NCBI GenBank assembly: GCA_038496445.1
Contig: JALMLS010000497.1
Span: forward strand, 21,525 to 85,524
DNA from: Trichosphaerium sp. ATCC 40318
Lineage: Eukaryota > Protista > Tubulinea
Direction: 5' to 3'
Length of the DNA: 64,000 bases
This document shows positions 27,278-41,746 of this stretch, one piece after another (the first letter of the stretch is position 1; each line of letters begins with the position of its first letter). The notes beneath the pieces were generated by a model. It was not told where the DNA came from. It made no database searches and saw only the letters and a program-made list of their open reading frames with translations. The translations under genes and the position numbers were made by a program.

Positions 27278-28177
27278 ATGCTTATCAATGATATTACATC
27301 TTCACCACCTAAAAGACAAATCACGTGTCCTCCGAAGAGATTACAACTGTACGTAAAAAAAAAACTTGATAGAATTAATTGATTATTGTCAAAACAACAA
27401 CAAGAAAGTTCCTACTCGCAGATTTACATATTAATGAATCACGAAAAAGCCTCCGAAATTTATTATTGCAGATTTTTTTTTTTTGCCTTTTTTTTTTTTG
27501 TCCGGTTTTTTTCAGAATCTCCTCGCGTATCGCTTCGTTCATCGATTAACACCTCTAATTTTAAACTTAGGCTCTCAAAGCTACCTTCAGATATAGTTTC
27601 ACGACTTTTCAAACTCGATCAGGATGCTTATATCACGTGGCCATTACTATGCAGGCGAACGAGCCAAAAACGATTCGACTGTAACATGGAGAAAAAAGGA
27701 GAGTGGACAAAGTGGAGATGTTGCTACCTGTACGCTGTTAGTACATTTTCGAGAGGTAGAAAAAATGGCCTCAGCACGCGCTACTTTAAGAACGGGTTAG
27801 TACAAGAGCGTTGTTACTACATCCACGGAAAAATAGAAGGGACATTCACAAAATGGCATCCGAATGGTAAAGTTGACGTTGAATGTTTTTTTAAAGAAGG
27901 TATACAACAAGGAGAGTTTAAGAAATGGTATCCTGATGGTAAACTCGAAGAGAAGTGTTTCTTGAAAGAAGGTAAACCCGAAGGAGAATACGTGTCATGG
28001 AAAAAGAATGGTCAAGTTTATTCCCATGTTATGATATCTAACGGCGTAGTGGTACAGATTAACGCTTTATACGGTATCCAAGACTTTGTCAAAAAATACA
28101 AGGAGCAGCAAAGACAACGACAGCTTCAGCTACAACATCGACGGTATCGAAATACTATAACGCCTGTGTTCATATAA
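27278..28177 (+). CDS. F-box-like / MORN-variant repeat protein, paralog of 2648-3607 (2 exons)
   Basis: Exon 1 27278-27348, GT-AG intron to 27570, then LSKLPSDIVSRLF...YITWPLLC...RFD...KKGEW (aligns with the 2648 gene) and MORN_2-type repeats. Confidence 0.75.
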
Positions 28178-28396
28178 AAAGGTTGTTCGAAAAAAAAAGA
28201 ATAAAATGTACAAAGTTAACAATGTATCGCTTTTTGTGATTTGTTTTTTTTGTTTATGAAGCGTTCAGTATCTCTTTTGATATGTTTTCTTTTATGTTGT
28301 TACATTCTTATTAGCGAAAAATTTAGTGAGTGTTCTAAGATGCTCCTTTTTGATTTTTTTTTTTTGAACAAAAAACAATCACGTTTGGGAGGTTTG

Positions 28397-31300
28397 TTAT
28401 CTACATTGTTCTTGTGTCGGCGCTTTGCAGTAAAAATACGCTGCCTGTTGTCTGTAACATGCTCCATTCTCGTTCTTAAATCTTGTCGGACCACATATAC
28501 ATGTCTCAGTAGAGCCACAAAGAACCTAAAACAAAAATTAAAACATGAAAAAACCAAAAAAATCACCTCAACACGAAAAAAAAAAAGTTCCTGAATACAA
28601 CCCGTCTAAAAATACCAAAGAATAATCATGATATACTTAATTACGATAAAAAGAACATGAATAAAAGCATGTTTCAAAAATTAACTATATTTATTCGAAA
28701 TGTCAACGGAAAAAGAACATTGTTTGACGTTTCGAAATTTCCTATCATATTTACAAAAATATCACGTGGAGTTTTTTTTTGTCGTTTTTGATTTTTTCGG
28801 GTCTTTAAAAGGTTTTTTTCAAAAAAACACTTTTGATCCTGAACGTACGATTCCGTGATCAGCCCAAACGCCTGTAAATAATGCAGCATCGCCTCCGAAT
28901 GCCGCAGATTGTGCAGAAACTTCAGCAGTACAATGTACACTGTCTGAAGAACAAGAACAATTTCCTTCGCCACTTCCACATCTACAATTGAATCCATCGC
29001 ATCTATTTAAAACCAATTAAACCAAGTAAACCAAATAAAAAAACGATCGCTGAGATTAGTAAGAAAAAAACTCCTTAAGAAGTTAACAAATGTTTGTTGA
29101 GCTCTCTTTGTTGTTCTCATTATCTCTTGTTTTTAGCTGTTTGTTATTACGTACTGACAATTTCCAGCTTCGTCTAATGTTCCTCCGCATATTTGCTGGC
29201 GAGACGGAGCGGATGAAGTAGGATTTACTGTAGGAGGAGATGTTGGAACTTGTGATGGTTGTATTGATACTGGCGCGTCAGTTGGTGTAGTTCCTGTAGA
29301 AGGCGCGTTCACAGTCGCTGGTTGTGATAACGTTGTTGGTGTTAATAGTGTATTTGGTGGTTGGATATTAGGTGCAAACGTTGGTATCATTGTCGGTGGA
29401 GGTGTTACACCAGTTGGAGATCCAAACGGAGTTAATGAAGAAGTAGGAACCAGTATTGAGCTCGGTATTGCCAATGAACCAGGTACTCGAACAGACGATG
29501 GTGTCATAATAGTTGTAGGTGTAGAAATTGTGTTTGGTGCACTGACAGTTGTTGGGATCTGAACTGTCGTTGGTGTAAAAACAGTGGATGGAGCTGAAAT
29601 AGTTGAAGGCGAAGAAAATGTCGCTGGTGCTGCTACTGACGTTGGATTCTGAACTGTTGTAGGTGTACCACTTGTGGTTATTGTCGTAGGTACTGGTAGC
29701 GTCACAGGCGAAGCCAACGTGACAGGTGACTGAATTGTTGATGGCGTTGATATAGTTGAGGGTGAAACAACTGTAGTTGGTGTTATAATTGTTGAAGGGT
29801 TTTGGATTGTTGAAGGTGTTGATACAGTTGTAGGTTCACCTACTGTTGATGGTACACCAACTGCACTTGGTGTATTGGATGTTGTACTTGATGGTGTAAC
29901 GCTTGTGCTTGGCGCGTTAGAAGTCGATGTTGTAGGTGTAACAGTTGTTGTAACTGAAGGTGTAGCAACTGTTGAGGGTGTGTTAAGAGTTGCTGGTTGT
30001 AATGACGTTGTTGGTGTTAATAGTGTATTTGGTGGTTGGATATTAGGTGCAAACGTTGGTATCATTGTCGGTGGAGGTGTTGCACCAGTTGGAGATCCAA
30101 ACGGAGTTAACGAAGAAGTAGGAACCAGTATTGAGCTCGGTATTGCCAATGAACCAGGTACTCGAACAGACGATGGTGTCATAATAGTTGTAGGTGTAGA
30201 AATTGTGTTTGGTGCACTGACAGTTGTTGGGTTCTGAATCGTCGTTGGTGTAAATACAGTCGAGGGTGTTGAGACTGATGAAGGAGCTGAAACTGTCGAC
30301 GGTGAAGCGACTGTACCTGGTGTCATTATAGTCGAAGGGTTCTGGACAGTTGATGGCACATCTTGAGAGGTAGGTGAAGACGTTGTTGTGGCCGGAGATA
30401 CAATAGTTGATGGTGTTTGAACAGTTGAAGGTGAGTTGATTGTTGTAGGCACTCTGATGGTACTTGGTGTAACTATTGTTGAGGGTGTTTGTATTGTGGA
30501 AGGTGTGAGTGCCGTTGTTGGTGATATAATCGTATTAGGAGCTCTTACTGTAGCAGGGTTCTGAATTGTTGAAGGTGTGAAAACAGTAGAAGGTGCTGAA
30601 ACTGTTGACGGTGTTGTTGCTGGTGCTATAGCTGTTGATGTTGTACCAGGTGATATAACAGTTGAGGGTGAGGACACAGTCGAGGGTGAAACAATCGTTG
30701 TTGGTGTTGTAACTGTCGAAGGGTTTTGAATAGTTGTAGGTGTGAAAACAGTTGATGGTGTTGAAACAGTTGCAGGCGAAATGATTGTTGCTGGTTGTGA
30801 GTTTATGGAAGGTGATGCACTTGTTGATGGCACACCAATTGTGCTTGGTTCATTGGATGTTGATGGAGTACCACTTGTGCTTGGCGCATTGGATGTTGAT
30901 GGTGTAGCACTCGTACTTGGTGCATTGGATGTTGTACTAGATGGTGTAACGCCTGTACTTGGTGCGTTTGATGTTGTAGGTGTAGCACTCGTTGTTGGAG
31001 CGCCAACAGTTGAAGGCGCACTGACTGTTGAAGGAGCACCAACAGTTGTAACAGTTGAAGGTATTACACTTGTTGTTACTGGGGTGAGGATTGTAGAGGG
31101 AACAGAAGCTATTGTAGGTGCGATTGTTGATTGGCTTGTAGGTGAAGCACCAAAGGGTGTAAGTGAAGAAGTAGGAACGCTTATTGTGTTGGGCGATGCT
31201 ATTGAACCAGGTACTTGAATTGTTGATGGTGTGCTTAGTGTAGAAGGCGTTGGAGAGGAAGTTGTTGGTTGACTTGTTGGAGGCAACGTTGTGGGCGCCA

Positions 31301-34300
31301 TCGTTGGTGGTTGTGTAGTTAGTGATACGATAGGTGCCATAGTTGTAGGGGATCTTGTGGTTGGCGGCTGTGTTGTTGGAGCCATAGTTGGAGCAGTTGT
31401 AGGCGCTCTTGTTGTTGGTATCACCACAGGAGCTTCTGTTGTTGGAGCCAATGTAGGAGGTAGTGTTGTAGGTGCGTTTGTTGTCGGTGCGGTTGTTGGT
31501 TGTCTGGTTGGTGATTGCGTTGTTGGCTCTGGCACAGGTGGAGCAGTTGGTGCCATAGTTGTTGGAGATCGGGTGGTCGGAGGACGTGTTGTTGGCTGCA
31601 TGGTTGGCGCTGTTGTTGGTGGTTGTGTTGTAGGTATCACTACAGGTGCTGATGTGGTTGGAGGCAAAGTTGGAGGTTGCGTTGTAGGAGCCCTTGTAGT
31701 CGGTGGAAGTGTGGTTGGTTGTTGAGTTGGTGCTGTGGTTGGTGCTCTTGATGGTGGATTCGTTGTTGGAGATCTCGTCGTTGGCGGCAGCGTTGTAGGA
31801 ACTCGAGTTGGTGCCCTTGTAGGTGATTGCGTTGTTGGCTCTGGTACAGGTGCAGCAGTTGGTGCCATAGTTGTTGGAGAACGTGTGGTTGGTGGTAGCG
31901 TCGTAGGTGGACGAGTTGGGGCACGTGTTGGCGCTCTTGTTGGAGGGTTTGTGGTAGGAGCGCGCGTGGTTGGTGGTCGTGTTGTAGGAGCGAGTGTGGG
32001 TGCTCTTGTTGGCGCTCTTGATGGTGGATTTGTAGTTGGTGCTCGTGTAGTTGGAGGCCGCGTTGTAGGTGGACGAGTGGGCGCTCTAGTTGGTGCTCTT
32101 GTTGGAGGATTTGTGGTTGGAGCACGTGTAGTTGGAGGTCGGGTCGTTGGCGAACGAGTTGGTGCACGTGTAGGTGCTCGAGTTGGTGCTCGGGTTGGTG
32201 CTTGAGTTGGCGCGCGAGTTGGTGCTCGGGTTGGCGCTCGAGTTGGCGGATTTGTAGTAGGAGATCTTGTCGTTGGTGGCAGTGTTGTAGGAACGCGTGT
32301 AGGCGCTGTAGTTGGAGCTCTTGTAGGCGCTCGAGTGGGTGACGCTTCCGTTGGGGAATTTGTTGGGTCCCCTACTCTGAAAGGCAATTGGTTACTTAAA
32401 ATACCTTGCGCGGCTACTTCTATTCCACTTAGAGTTCCTGTAACGGTACTGGGTACTCTACAGCTCTAAGTAAGACGTTAGTGAACAAAATAAATGAAAC
32501 AAAAAAAAAAGAAAGATTGAGTACACATCTTTTTTGTACTGAACTTTTTTTGAGTGTAAATGAATAATACCGTAAGGCACGTTATGTGAAATTTTAAATT
32601 TATCACGTGGGGTATGATTTGGAAATTTTGGGTTCAAAAAAAACCGACTCAAAAAAAAAGTTTTGGGTTTTTGGAAAACAGAAAAAAAAAAAAGAGCTGT
32701 ACGTGCAACTTCAGATGCCGCGGCATTAACAACAACATTTTCTCCTGTAATAGTTGAAAATAATCCTCCAAATATACATGTTACTGTTTCATAAAAGAAA
32801 AATCCTCTGACTGTTACTGTATCTCCTGGTCTTACTTGTGTTGGAAAAACCCAAAAGATAGCTGGACAAGGCTCTCTATTTTCTATTGAACAAAAATCAC
32901 GTGTTAGCGAAACAAAAAAAAGGGTTTTGTGGTTTTTTCGGTACTTACCTGGTAGTGTCCATCCAAGTCTATGAAATACGTTCACATCATTTAAACTGAA
33001 TCCAGGTACTTCGTTTGGACTTATCACAGGGTCCATGATACCTTTTCATCGCAAGTTAGAAATTTCTTTCGCTTTTTTTTTTTAGTTTTGCTTTGAATTG
33101 ACCTTACCTAAGTTCCTGCCATCTCTCCATGAATCCGCAGGGTTACCATCTCCCGTGAGACCCGAAGAAAATTCGATACCTCGAGGATCAGCATCACTAT
33201 TAGTGAAATACATTGCTCGTTGACCTGAAAGTAAAGAAAATTAGAAATCGTACCAGAGAAGAAAACCTTGATTACCTGGAGTCAACATGCGCGGTGTTCC
33301 AAACCAACTAGGATCTGACGTAATCGGGTACCTGTATAAATCCAAAACAGTTGGATATACAGAAGTAGAAGGACCCATTGGGTTTTCAACTAAACGCGAA
33401 CTAATTAGTCACAAATAAACAATAAAGTAACGTTACTTCGTGTTGTATCTGATATAAATCCTAACACGTGTCCTATTTCTCTTACAAGTACTCCCAAACC
33501 ATCAACAGCTCCCTTTTAGATGTTGGTAAACAGCAGAGATAATAATCGACGTACATTTTCTACAGGAGTTGTAGTATCCCAATCGAAATTTGCTGAATTT
33601 GATAAAGTAATAACACCATCTGTTACGCCGTTCTGGGAATCGAATTGATTGGCATTCCCAGGAAATAACATCTAAACGCCATTGAGTGCATGTTAGGAAC
33701 GTGATCATAAAACTGATTAAGCAAAACAGCAAAGAAAGAAACGATAAAACACGTGGCTGCGGGTTGGTGCTGGTTATTATTTACCTTTGCCACAGTTTTT
33801 GCAGGACCCATTTGTGTTGGCGGTTGAAATAGGGATGGTATTGTAAATTCTGGATCTCTAGGGTACATTCCTACAGGGAAGAATCTTTGTTCGAGTACTG
33901 TACTGTACAATTGAGTAAATAAATGAAGGATATTAAGAAGGAAATCGAAAGGTGAGAAACAAAACGTAACATCAAGGTAAATAACGTACGTCAATTCTGC
34001 TGTATCAATACCCATAACCCTTGTTACTGTAGTTTGTGCAAGGTTCAAGAAGTTTGGTACTGATCCAAATTGTACTGTAATAGATATGCGTTGATCATCA
34101 ATAATCATTTGTTCCTTAATATACATAAACTAACGCCAAAGTTCATTGTGATGTATTACGTACCCACACAAATATAGCTGCTTGTACGGCTTCTTCAAAG
34201 CCTTCTACCTACAGCAACGATAAGTTTATTATGCATAATGGTATCACGTGCGCTTTGTGATCCTCCTGCAAAGGTAACTTGAAAATCTATATCTGAAGTA

Positions 34301-34884
34301 TATCCGCCTGTGGTAGGATCAGTACTTGCCCTATTATGTTATAAGAAATTTTGCACTAAGAGTTGATTTCGTACCTTTTTGGGAACATTCTTTCGCTCTT
34401 GGCGCTCCCTAAGGTAATGTGTATGAGTGATAATTATGATTACAACGTTAGGGATTTTTACGACATATTTGTCAAGAAATTCGCCTTTTTAGCGCACGTG
34501 ATCATCAAAAAGAAAAAATAAAAACCAGAAAATTATGACAACCTAGTGTCGTAAAGTACTTGGGCCAAAACAAGATAGAAGGGTCATTTTAGATACCACA
34601 TTATACACCAAGTACTCTATTTGTAAAAACCCAAGTACTGCACACGCATAGCGGTGGAATTTACGATAGTAAAGAATATATCTCCCGCTAGATGTAAGGA
34701 AGGAAAAAAAAAAAAAAAAGCAAAAGAAAGTGTTTCATCCGCGTATCGTTACTTAAGAATCGAACGGAGAAACACGGTTGAGTGTTTTCTAATGATAATT
34801 ACTTTAATTCGTACCGTATACCGTATAAGTAAGAGCTAACACGCATAAGAAGATAAGGGAAATATAAGTAGCGTGTGTAGCCAT
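28397..34884 (-). CDS. Very large secreted protein: inactive zinc-metalloprotease-like domain, IPT/TIG-like domain, ~1050-aa Pro/Thr/Ser mucin-like stalk, Cys-rich C-terminus
   Basis: Signal peptide MATHATYISLIFLCVLALTYTVYG; GVLVREIGHVLGFIS, TVLDLYRY, GDGNPADSWRD, GIMDP; PAIFWVFPTQVRPGDTVTVRG; 3.3-kb PT-repeat exon; Cys-rich final exons ending FYCKAPTQEQCR*. Confidence 0.8.
29330..30260 (-). repeat. Near-identical ~255-bp internal duplication in the mucin-like exon (29330-29585 and 30006-30260)
   Basis: Both copies encode PTTVSAPNTISTPTTIMTPSSVRVPGSLAIPSSILVPTSSLTPFGSPTG.TPPPTMIPTFAPNIQPPNTLLTPTT with almost identical DNA. Confidence 0.85.
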
Positions 34885-35016
34885 TAGAGGCAATATCTTT
34901 CGAGAAGAGAATGACTGAACAAGACTGAAGGTTAAAACAGCGCTACTGGGTTCACAAAGTACCCAACACAACTGTTCTACTATGGTCACTATTTAATTAT
35001 AGAGAAGATATGATAT

Positions 35017-35022
35017 CACGTG
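35017..35022. promoter_or_regulatory. CACGTG (E-box/G-box) inside the 14-bp palindrome ATATCACGTGATAT, ~130 bp upstream of the mucin-like gene
   Basis: Seen directly. One of about 50 CACGTG sites; others lie just upstream of start codons at 452, 5555, 18838, 55632 and 60920. Confidence 0.4.
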
Positions 35023-35252
35023 ATATACAGTCATAAGTGCGATCGTACAAAAAATAGAAATCAGGATCTAATTTTTTATCAGGCAAGTTTACTTTTGTGC
35101 ACTCTTCTGATTCAATACGCGTAATAGGTGATATTTCAAACTGCCATCACATTACGCTGTAATTTGGGATTTTTATTAACAGGTTTGAAAAAAAATTGCT
35201 TCTGGGCTACAACAACTACACCTGACTAGTTTTTCAACAATTTACATCTGAA

Positions 35253-38200
35253 CTAGGTTTCAAACGTTAAATACGGTTGCTTTTTAGTTCCATCTTCGTT
35301 TATTTCTTCAGGTTCTTGAGGCTTCTTTGGAATAACGAGGCATAGTAGCTTAAAGTGAAATGGTTAATAACGACTTATTATAATTATTCTACTTGTGTAC
35401 ATACCACACAGACTAGGCAAAAGCACACAAGAGTGAAGAGGACAATAGCAACGATCAGATATATTTTGTAGTCTTCCCAAACTTTTGAAAACCCAGTTTT
35501 AGGCAAGTCTCCATCAGGAAGAACGCGAATAGCCCCTGATATCCTGAATAGTCCTTCACCTTTTATTGGATCTCCAGATACACCTTTAGGGAATACACCA
35601 AGTTGTATCAGGTACTCCTAATTGATATTAATTAACACCAAGAATTAGCATTTTTTGCTCCAAAAAACCGCAAGAAGTTTTACTTGCGAAAGCTTTGATA
35701 AAGTGGAATATTTGTTTTTGTGCTTTTTGATTGACAAATGTTACATGTATTTAATGATGTGACATACCTGTCCTTTTATAGCATCAAAAGAAATCATACT
35801 TTTAAATCCACACTCATTTGAACTGCAATCAATAATAGATGTATCTGATATAGCGCCACAATCTGAAGTAGAATAAACTGCCATCTATTTTAAAGCAAAA
35901 CGAGTGAGTACACATAATAACAAAACACGGACTGAGCAAAATACTGGACTTCAGAAAAAAAAAGGCAAAAAAAGAATCACGTGTAAGTATTTGTACCTTT
36001 GTGTCAAGAAGAGGTGATAGATCATCACAAGTATCGACAGTAATAAACTGATCATCATCTGATATCCATCTAAACCAAACATCTGATTCAATACCACGCT
36101 CATCTGATATATCACAACGTTGCAAGTCTTGTCCAATTTGTCCGTTTGTAGCACTAAACAAAAGTAAACGAAAATAAGAAAAAAAAACAATTCAAACGAA
36201 CTGTTACACTAAATGTTACAGTTTATATTCACCACCTACCGTGAATTGTCCCAAGGGAATAGCCCAGTTCCGTTTATTGTAATAGCATCAATACAAAAAT
36301 CGGCAACTACAACAACCATTAAATAAGGTGCAAAGAGAGAACTCCTTTTTTTTTTCAAGTTTAAAGTTATCAAAGAAACTAGCTCAAAAAACTTGGGTTT
36401 GTGCTAAATATTGCTAGCTAGCAATAACAGAAAATATTGTAATGAACGCCACTTAACTAAAATTACTACTTACCTTCTATAAGTTGCGATGGGGCTTCTG
36501 GTTGTATTTCAGTTACGCATTGAGGGTGTGCTATCAAAATATGATTTTCAAGATGTTGTCTAATTGCCCAATTCACTCTAACGCTATCAGTCCCATAAAA
36601 TCCTTTTCTACCCATGTATTCATGTATATCTGCTAGCGTCCCAACGCCATCTGTATCACAGTAGCTCATAATAGATCCTAGCAAGCAACAAGTAAGAAAA
36701 AAAGGAAGAAAAAAAAGAGCGCACCTCCTGTTTCTGGTTTTTCTAATGGATTGCTACCGCATTCACCATCGCAATTATCAATTGGCGGAGGGAATCCGGC
36801 GCCGTATCTAAAGCAATCCAAATCTTGATTATTGTAACAATGAGTATGAGGGCTTCCAAGACTGTGACCTTAATAAACATAGTTAAACATAAATGCAACA
36901 ACACAAAATGTTGTTAAAGAAATGATAGTTTATCTTGTATTGCTATTGTACCTAATTCATGACCAACAATAACAGCGTTCCATTTAGGATCATCTTTCAA
37001 AACACCTGAAACTCCTAGAAACAAATTTGTTAGGTGTCACGTGTTTAATTTTATCGTAAAATCAAAAGAACGTGGTTTCTTTTCCTGATGATCAACAGAA
37101 GTTGTAATTACCTAAAAAGTCGCGTGTACATACACCACGAACGTATGCTAACCCTCCTATTGTTCTACCGGAAAGTAGATGTACTAAACCAATATTTCTT
37201 TGTTCTACATACTCAATTCTTGATGCACTTTAAAATAAATTGTTAGCTCTTTTCTGCAAGCAACTTGTATTGTGTAAATGTATCCACTTACTCATCGTAT
37301 TCAAACGTTAATTCGTTTAAAAAATCATGGGAACTAGCATCGCTTGTTAATCGTGCCCAAGGAGTAGCAGCTTTGTTTAAGCGTTAGGGTACAACAAAAA
37401 TATAACAGAAACTTTTGACTAAAAATATAAGAATTATCATCTGTTTCCGTACTTGGTGTTTGAGATACAAAAACATCAGCTATACTTATACGTATACCCA
37501 AGTCTCTTTCATAAAATATATTTATACGTGCAATGATACCAGCTATAAACTCAGCAGCAGCACGAATAGCCAATGCGCCATCATCTTCAAAAAACTGAAA
37601 GAATATGTAATCAGACTCGAATGCAGCCTGTAAAACAAATAAGTATCGACAGGGTTTATATTTATGCTTCATCGAGCGTGGGAGGGAAAACAATACAGTA
37701 AATAAAAAGAGTTGACGTTTTTTTGTACCCTGATGGCGTATACTGGCTGCCAGTTACTGAAATCTGTTGGACATTCCCTATTCATCTAGCATTAGAGTTT
37801 TTATGTACTTTTTGTGGCCTTCTTGTTAGTACGTTGTTTGTCGTTTTATGTGATCATGTGCTTGCTTCTTTATATCTGCTTCAAAGTCATGGATAGTATG
37901 ATTGTGGGATCCACATTTAAACCTCGGAGGCTCAACTTCTTTTGGTTTCTGTTTTAAAACCAACACGTCGTTATCTCTGTGACCCAAGTACCACTCTCCC
38001 TAAAACTACATTAACCTAAAGAGATAACAAATTCGCTAAAAACCAATCGGGCAAATTGGCTAATAAAACGTACCTCATGAAGTATGGATGCTGTAACGTT
38101 TTTAGACTCATGTATTGTAAGATGAACTTCCGAATCGACATCTGACGATACTTTGCCTGTGAAAAAATGCGTCTCTAAAAAAGTTTTTAGTACGAAATCA

Positions 38201-38579
38201 CGTGTTACGAATAAAATACGAACTTGGCGCTTTAATAAAGCCTTCTCCGGTATGTACACGTGCGTCGCTGGCAAAAGGTGTATCAAGCTTTTTAAGTTTG
38301 TAACTCTGTGCTTCTAGTATTCCTCTATATTTAATGTAAGAAAGGGAGAACCAAGAGCCAAAAAACTAAAAATGACATTTTTTTTTACCTTTTATTCGTA
38401 TTAGATGTTATTTCGAACTCTGACCCTGTATTAAACTGCCCTGGGTTATCTGCAAGTTGAGAGAAGGTGATACTGTGGGATGAAACCCATTCCATACTCA
38501 AAATCACCCTTATCACGTGATAAGCATACTGCTAGCGGTAGAAACAAACGTACAATAAGGTAACGACGAGAAGGCGCAT
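35253..38579 (-). CDS. Membrane-anchored reprolysin-like (M12B/ADAM-like) zinc metalloprotease, paralog B
   Basis: Same exon structure as 13778-16968: MRLLVVTLL..., PRFKCG, HELG/HSLGSPHTHCY, GSIMSYC, TM IYLIVAIVLFTLVCFCLVCV, tail KQPYLTFET*. Confidence 0.85.
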
Positions 38580-39534
38580 TTGAGCTAGTAACACAGTTAA
38601 AAGTTGCTTAACTCAGTACAACACAACTGAAAATAATTTAAACAAATTGATGGTTGGCTTGACATAATGCCAGATAGCTGGGCAAAAGACGACGGAAATG
38701 GATGAACTGTGCTTGAAATTGGACGATGCCTAAACAACAAAAACAATACCTGATTGGAGGACCTATCTATTGGTTTGACCGCTTTGTCACGAAGCCTAAG
38801 ACCCATGTTTTATTAAAAGTCACAAAACAATTGAACAACCAAAGAGCAACACAGACACCTGTCGCTTTTGACATTCGCGCAAGTACAATTTTGTGAGGCC
38901 CTGCAAGAGCAGCAACACATTTCCAGTGACGTTTTTGAGAATGTCAAGTGATAGTATGGACACCAGATAGAGTAGCAACACTTTTATCTAAGTTTCTGAA
39001 ACAAAATTTTGTTGTTTTAGCTGCGTAATAAAGCAACATTTGCTTCATAATCCGTGTTCAGAAGATGTTCGAGTTTGTGCTACGTACATCCCACTGATGG
39101 TTGTTTCTTGTTCAGAAAACGCATGGTTGTACAGCCTTGATGAGGAATTTCTAACAAAGATAAATCATGAACACCAGCTAATCAGTGAACATACCAAATA
39201 TACAAATGTTATGAACACTTTTGAGAGCTTTGTACCTTCATCAGTTACTGAGGTACCACCATAAAAGAATGAGTTTTTGACATGTTGTTTTGAGGAATGC
39301 TGTTTGCTCCAAAGACATTCATTGTTGCACTTTATATCGCAATGATTTTTTGCAACAAAGTATTCACTGTATGAGATCTGCCAACAATTATAACATAGCA
39401 TACATAGATGGTTTTTGATTCACGAATAATGTTTTACCACGACGGACTTTTTTGCGGGTTTTTTTATGTAGGATTTATTGAACTGGAATTTAAAGTTTTT
39501 TTAACTCAGCGAATGGAATAACAGATTGTTTACA

Positions 39535-41746
39535 ATGAAAAACACGGAAGAGAACACCAGAAGCTTCACCAAGGTTAGCAAAACAAGCAATTTTTTGAAA
39601 ACATCAAAACATACCTAACCACTGCACAGAGTGATATAGTTATTGGAACCGGAGCTTTTAAGACAGTTTATAAAGCTTATGATAATACACAAGTACAAAT
39701 CCCTCCAAATATCGCTCACGCTAATGTTCACAGGGTATAGAAGTAGCATGGAGCGAAATAGACGTTAACAAGCTACCAAAGCGAAAGTATGTATTTGTTG
39801 TAGGAAACCACAACACCTCTGGTAGTTAATACTGACACTATTATTTTTAGTCCAGAATATGAGTTGAAACGACTGAAAAGCGAAACAACGCTACTACGCC
39901 AATTGAAGTCATCAAAGCAGCTTATAATCAAATATCTGGACGCTTGGTTCGACAAGTAATACAATTTAGCAGAAACCGCGTTTTGTTGATTTACATCTTA
40001 GAGAGCGAGGAGTAATGGTGCTAATAACCGAACTCATGAGCGGGTCATTGCGAGAGTACGTCTATAAGGAAATTCCAGTGGAAAACTTACCCGCCAACTC
40101 AGATTCGTCGACGCATGTGGTAATTTACATATTGGCGTATACAAGAGATGGTTAACGCAACTTTTGGAGGGATTGGGTACGCGTAGCGAACTTCGATTAT
40201 TCTCTAACATTTTTTAGTTCTATTACATTCTGAAGTACCACCGATTATACACCGTGATATAAAAGCAGATAATATTTTTATTGATGGTACAGTAGTAGCG
40301 AAATTACCTTTTTTTTGTTGTTTTTTTGGGTTTTTTTGCAGTTTTTGTTGACTATTTTTTTTCTAGGCCGTGATGGCAGTTTGCGCATTGGAGACTTGGT
40401 AAATAGCTCACCTAGCTATTGTGTAAATTTATTTATTATTATTTAGGGTTCTGCTACTGCTTGGAAGCCTGTAGGACTAACGCAAGGTGGTAAGTAGTTA
40501 AGCTTCAAAAATTCTCAGAGTTTTTTTTTTGACATTTATTCACGGTTACTTTTTAGTGGGTACCCTCATATACGTCGCTCCAGAGACTACTGATGGTAAT
40601 TACGACACAAAGGTAAGCATTTGTTGCGAAAAAAAAAAATAGTTTCGCTTTTGCGATTTTTCAAGTTTGCTAACGTTAGTAGGTTGATATTTGGGCATTT
40701 GGATTAACTGCAATTGAAATAATAACAAAAGAAGCTCCTTACTCTGAATGCGAGCTAGTACAGCACGTGTGGGCGCTTATTTGCAAGGTACCTTGATACG
40801 ACTACAAAACCTTTTATTACTTTTTTTTTGTTTAAATCATTCGCCTCACTTTCGCTAACACTCTCTTCCAATACAGGGTCGTCTTCCGCTTGCGTTTTAT
40901 AAAATTAAGGACCCACTTCTAAGAGACTTCTTGCAATGTTGCCTTCAACTCGACCCAGAAAAAAGATGTACAGCATCAGAGCTTCAAAACCATGATTTTT
41001 TAAAACCTGATCCAGAAAGAGATACACAAGTATTTGAGTTTTATAATGAAGAAGAAGCAAGAAGTCGTTATGGTAATATTACAAAAGTAGGAGGAGGAGA
41101 AGGTATTAAAATGAACTCAACAGGTGCTGGGCAACCAGGTATTGACGCAGACCCACATCTTGCTTCAACTACAAATAATCCTCTTGATATAACTCCAAGT
41201 ACACCTGAAAGACCTTCACCTACTACTAGAGTATTAAATGGATTACCAAAATGTATTTTCAGTCCAGATAAAGTAACACCAGATAGAAGAGTAGGAGTAA
41301 AAAAACCAAAAAAAGAACCTAGATCTCCTTTGGATTCTTTAACAGAGACTTCTCTTGAGAATTTTTCTTCAAGTGGTAGATTATCTCGTAATGGAAGTAC
41401 AGTACTTGATCCTATACCTTTGGATATTCTTAGTCCTTCACCAGTACAAAGAAGGCCTATACAAGATAATACAGCTCAAGTATTGGCTATACTAAACAGT
41501 GAACCTGGTAATATCGTAAACGTTGCTACTAGTCCTACATTGGCTCCTAAACCTGCTATTATTAAGCCTAAACCTATTAACCCTTTTCATGATCCTATAC
41601 CTCTTCTTGTTGATACAGATGCAAACACACAATCATTGATATCATTCTCTGGCGATATGGAAGAAACAGAGCGATCTAATACTACTACAACATCAGTGCC
41701 TATCAATGAACCAGAACCTGTTTTATTGGATTTCAAGATGAGTTGA
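39535..41746 (+). CDS. WNK (with-no-lysine) family protein kinase
   Basis: Spliced IGTGAFKTVYKAYD...GIEVAW (Lys in the glycine loop; VAW instead of VAIK), LITELMSGSLRE, PPIIHRDIKADNIFIDG, IGDLG, VGTPHYVAPE, VDIWAFG, PYSEC. Pro/Ser-rich tail. Start codon uncertain. Confidence 0.88.

Noticed and set aside
29875-32205. Long Gly/Val-rich ORFs on the + strand and His/Gln/Leu-rich ORFs in alternative frames
   Set aside because: Antisense and off-frame shadows of the Pro/Thr repeat exon, which lacks stops for compositional reasons.
38940-39520. Possible extra 5' exons of WNK or a small upstream gene
   Set aside because: I could not build a consistent in-phase model or recognise a domain.
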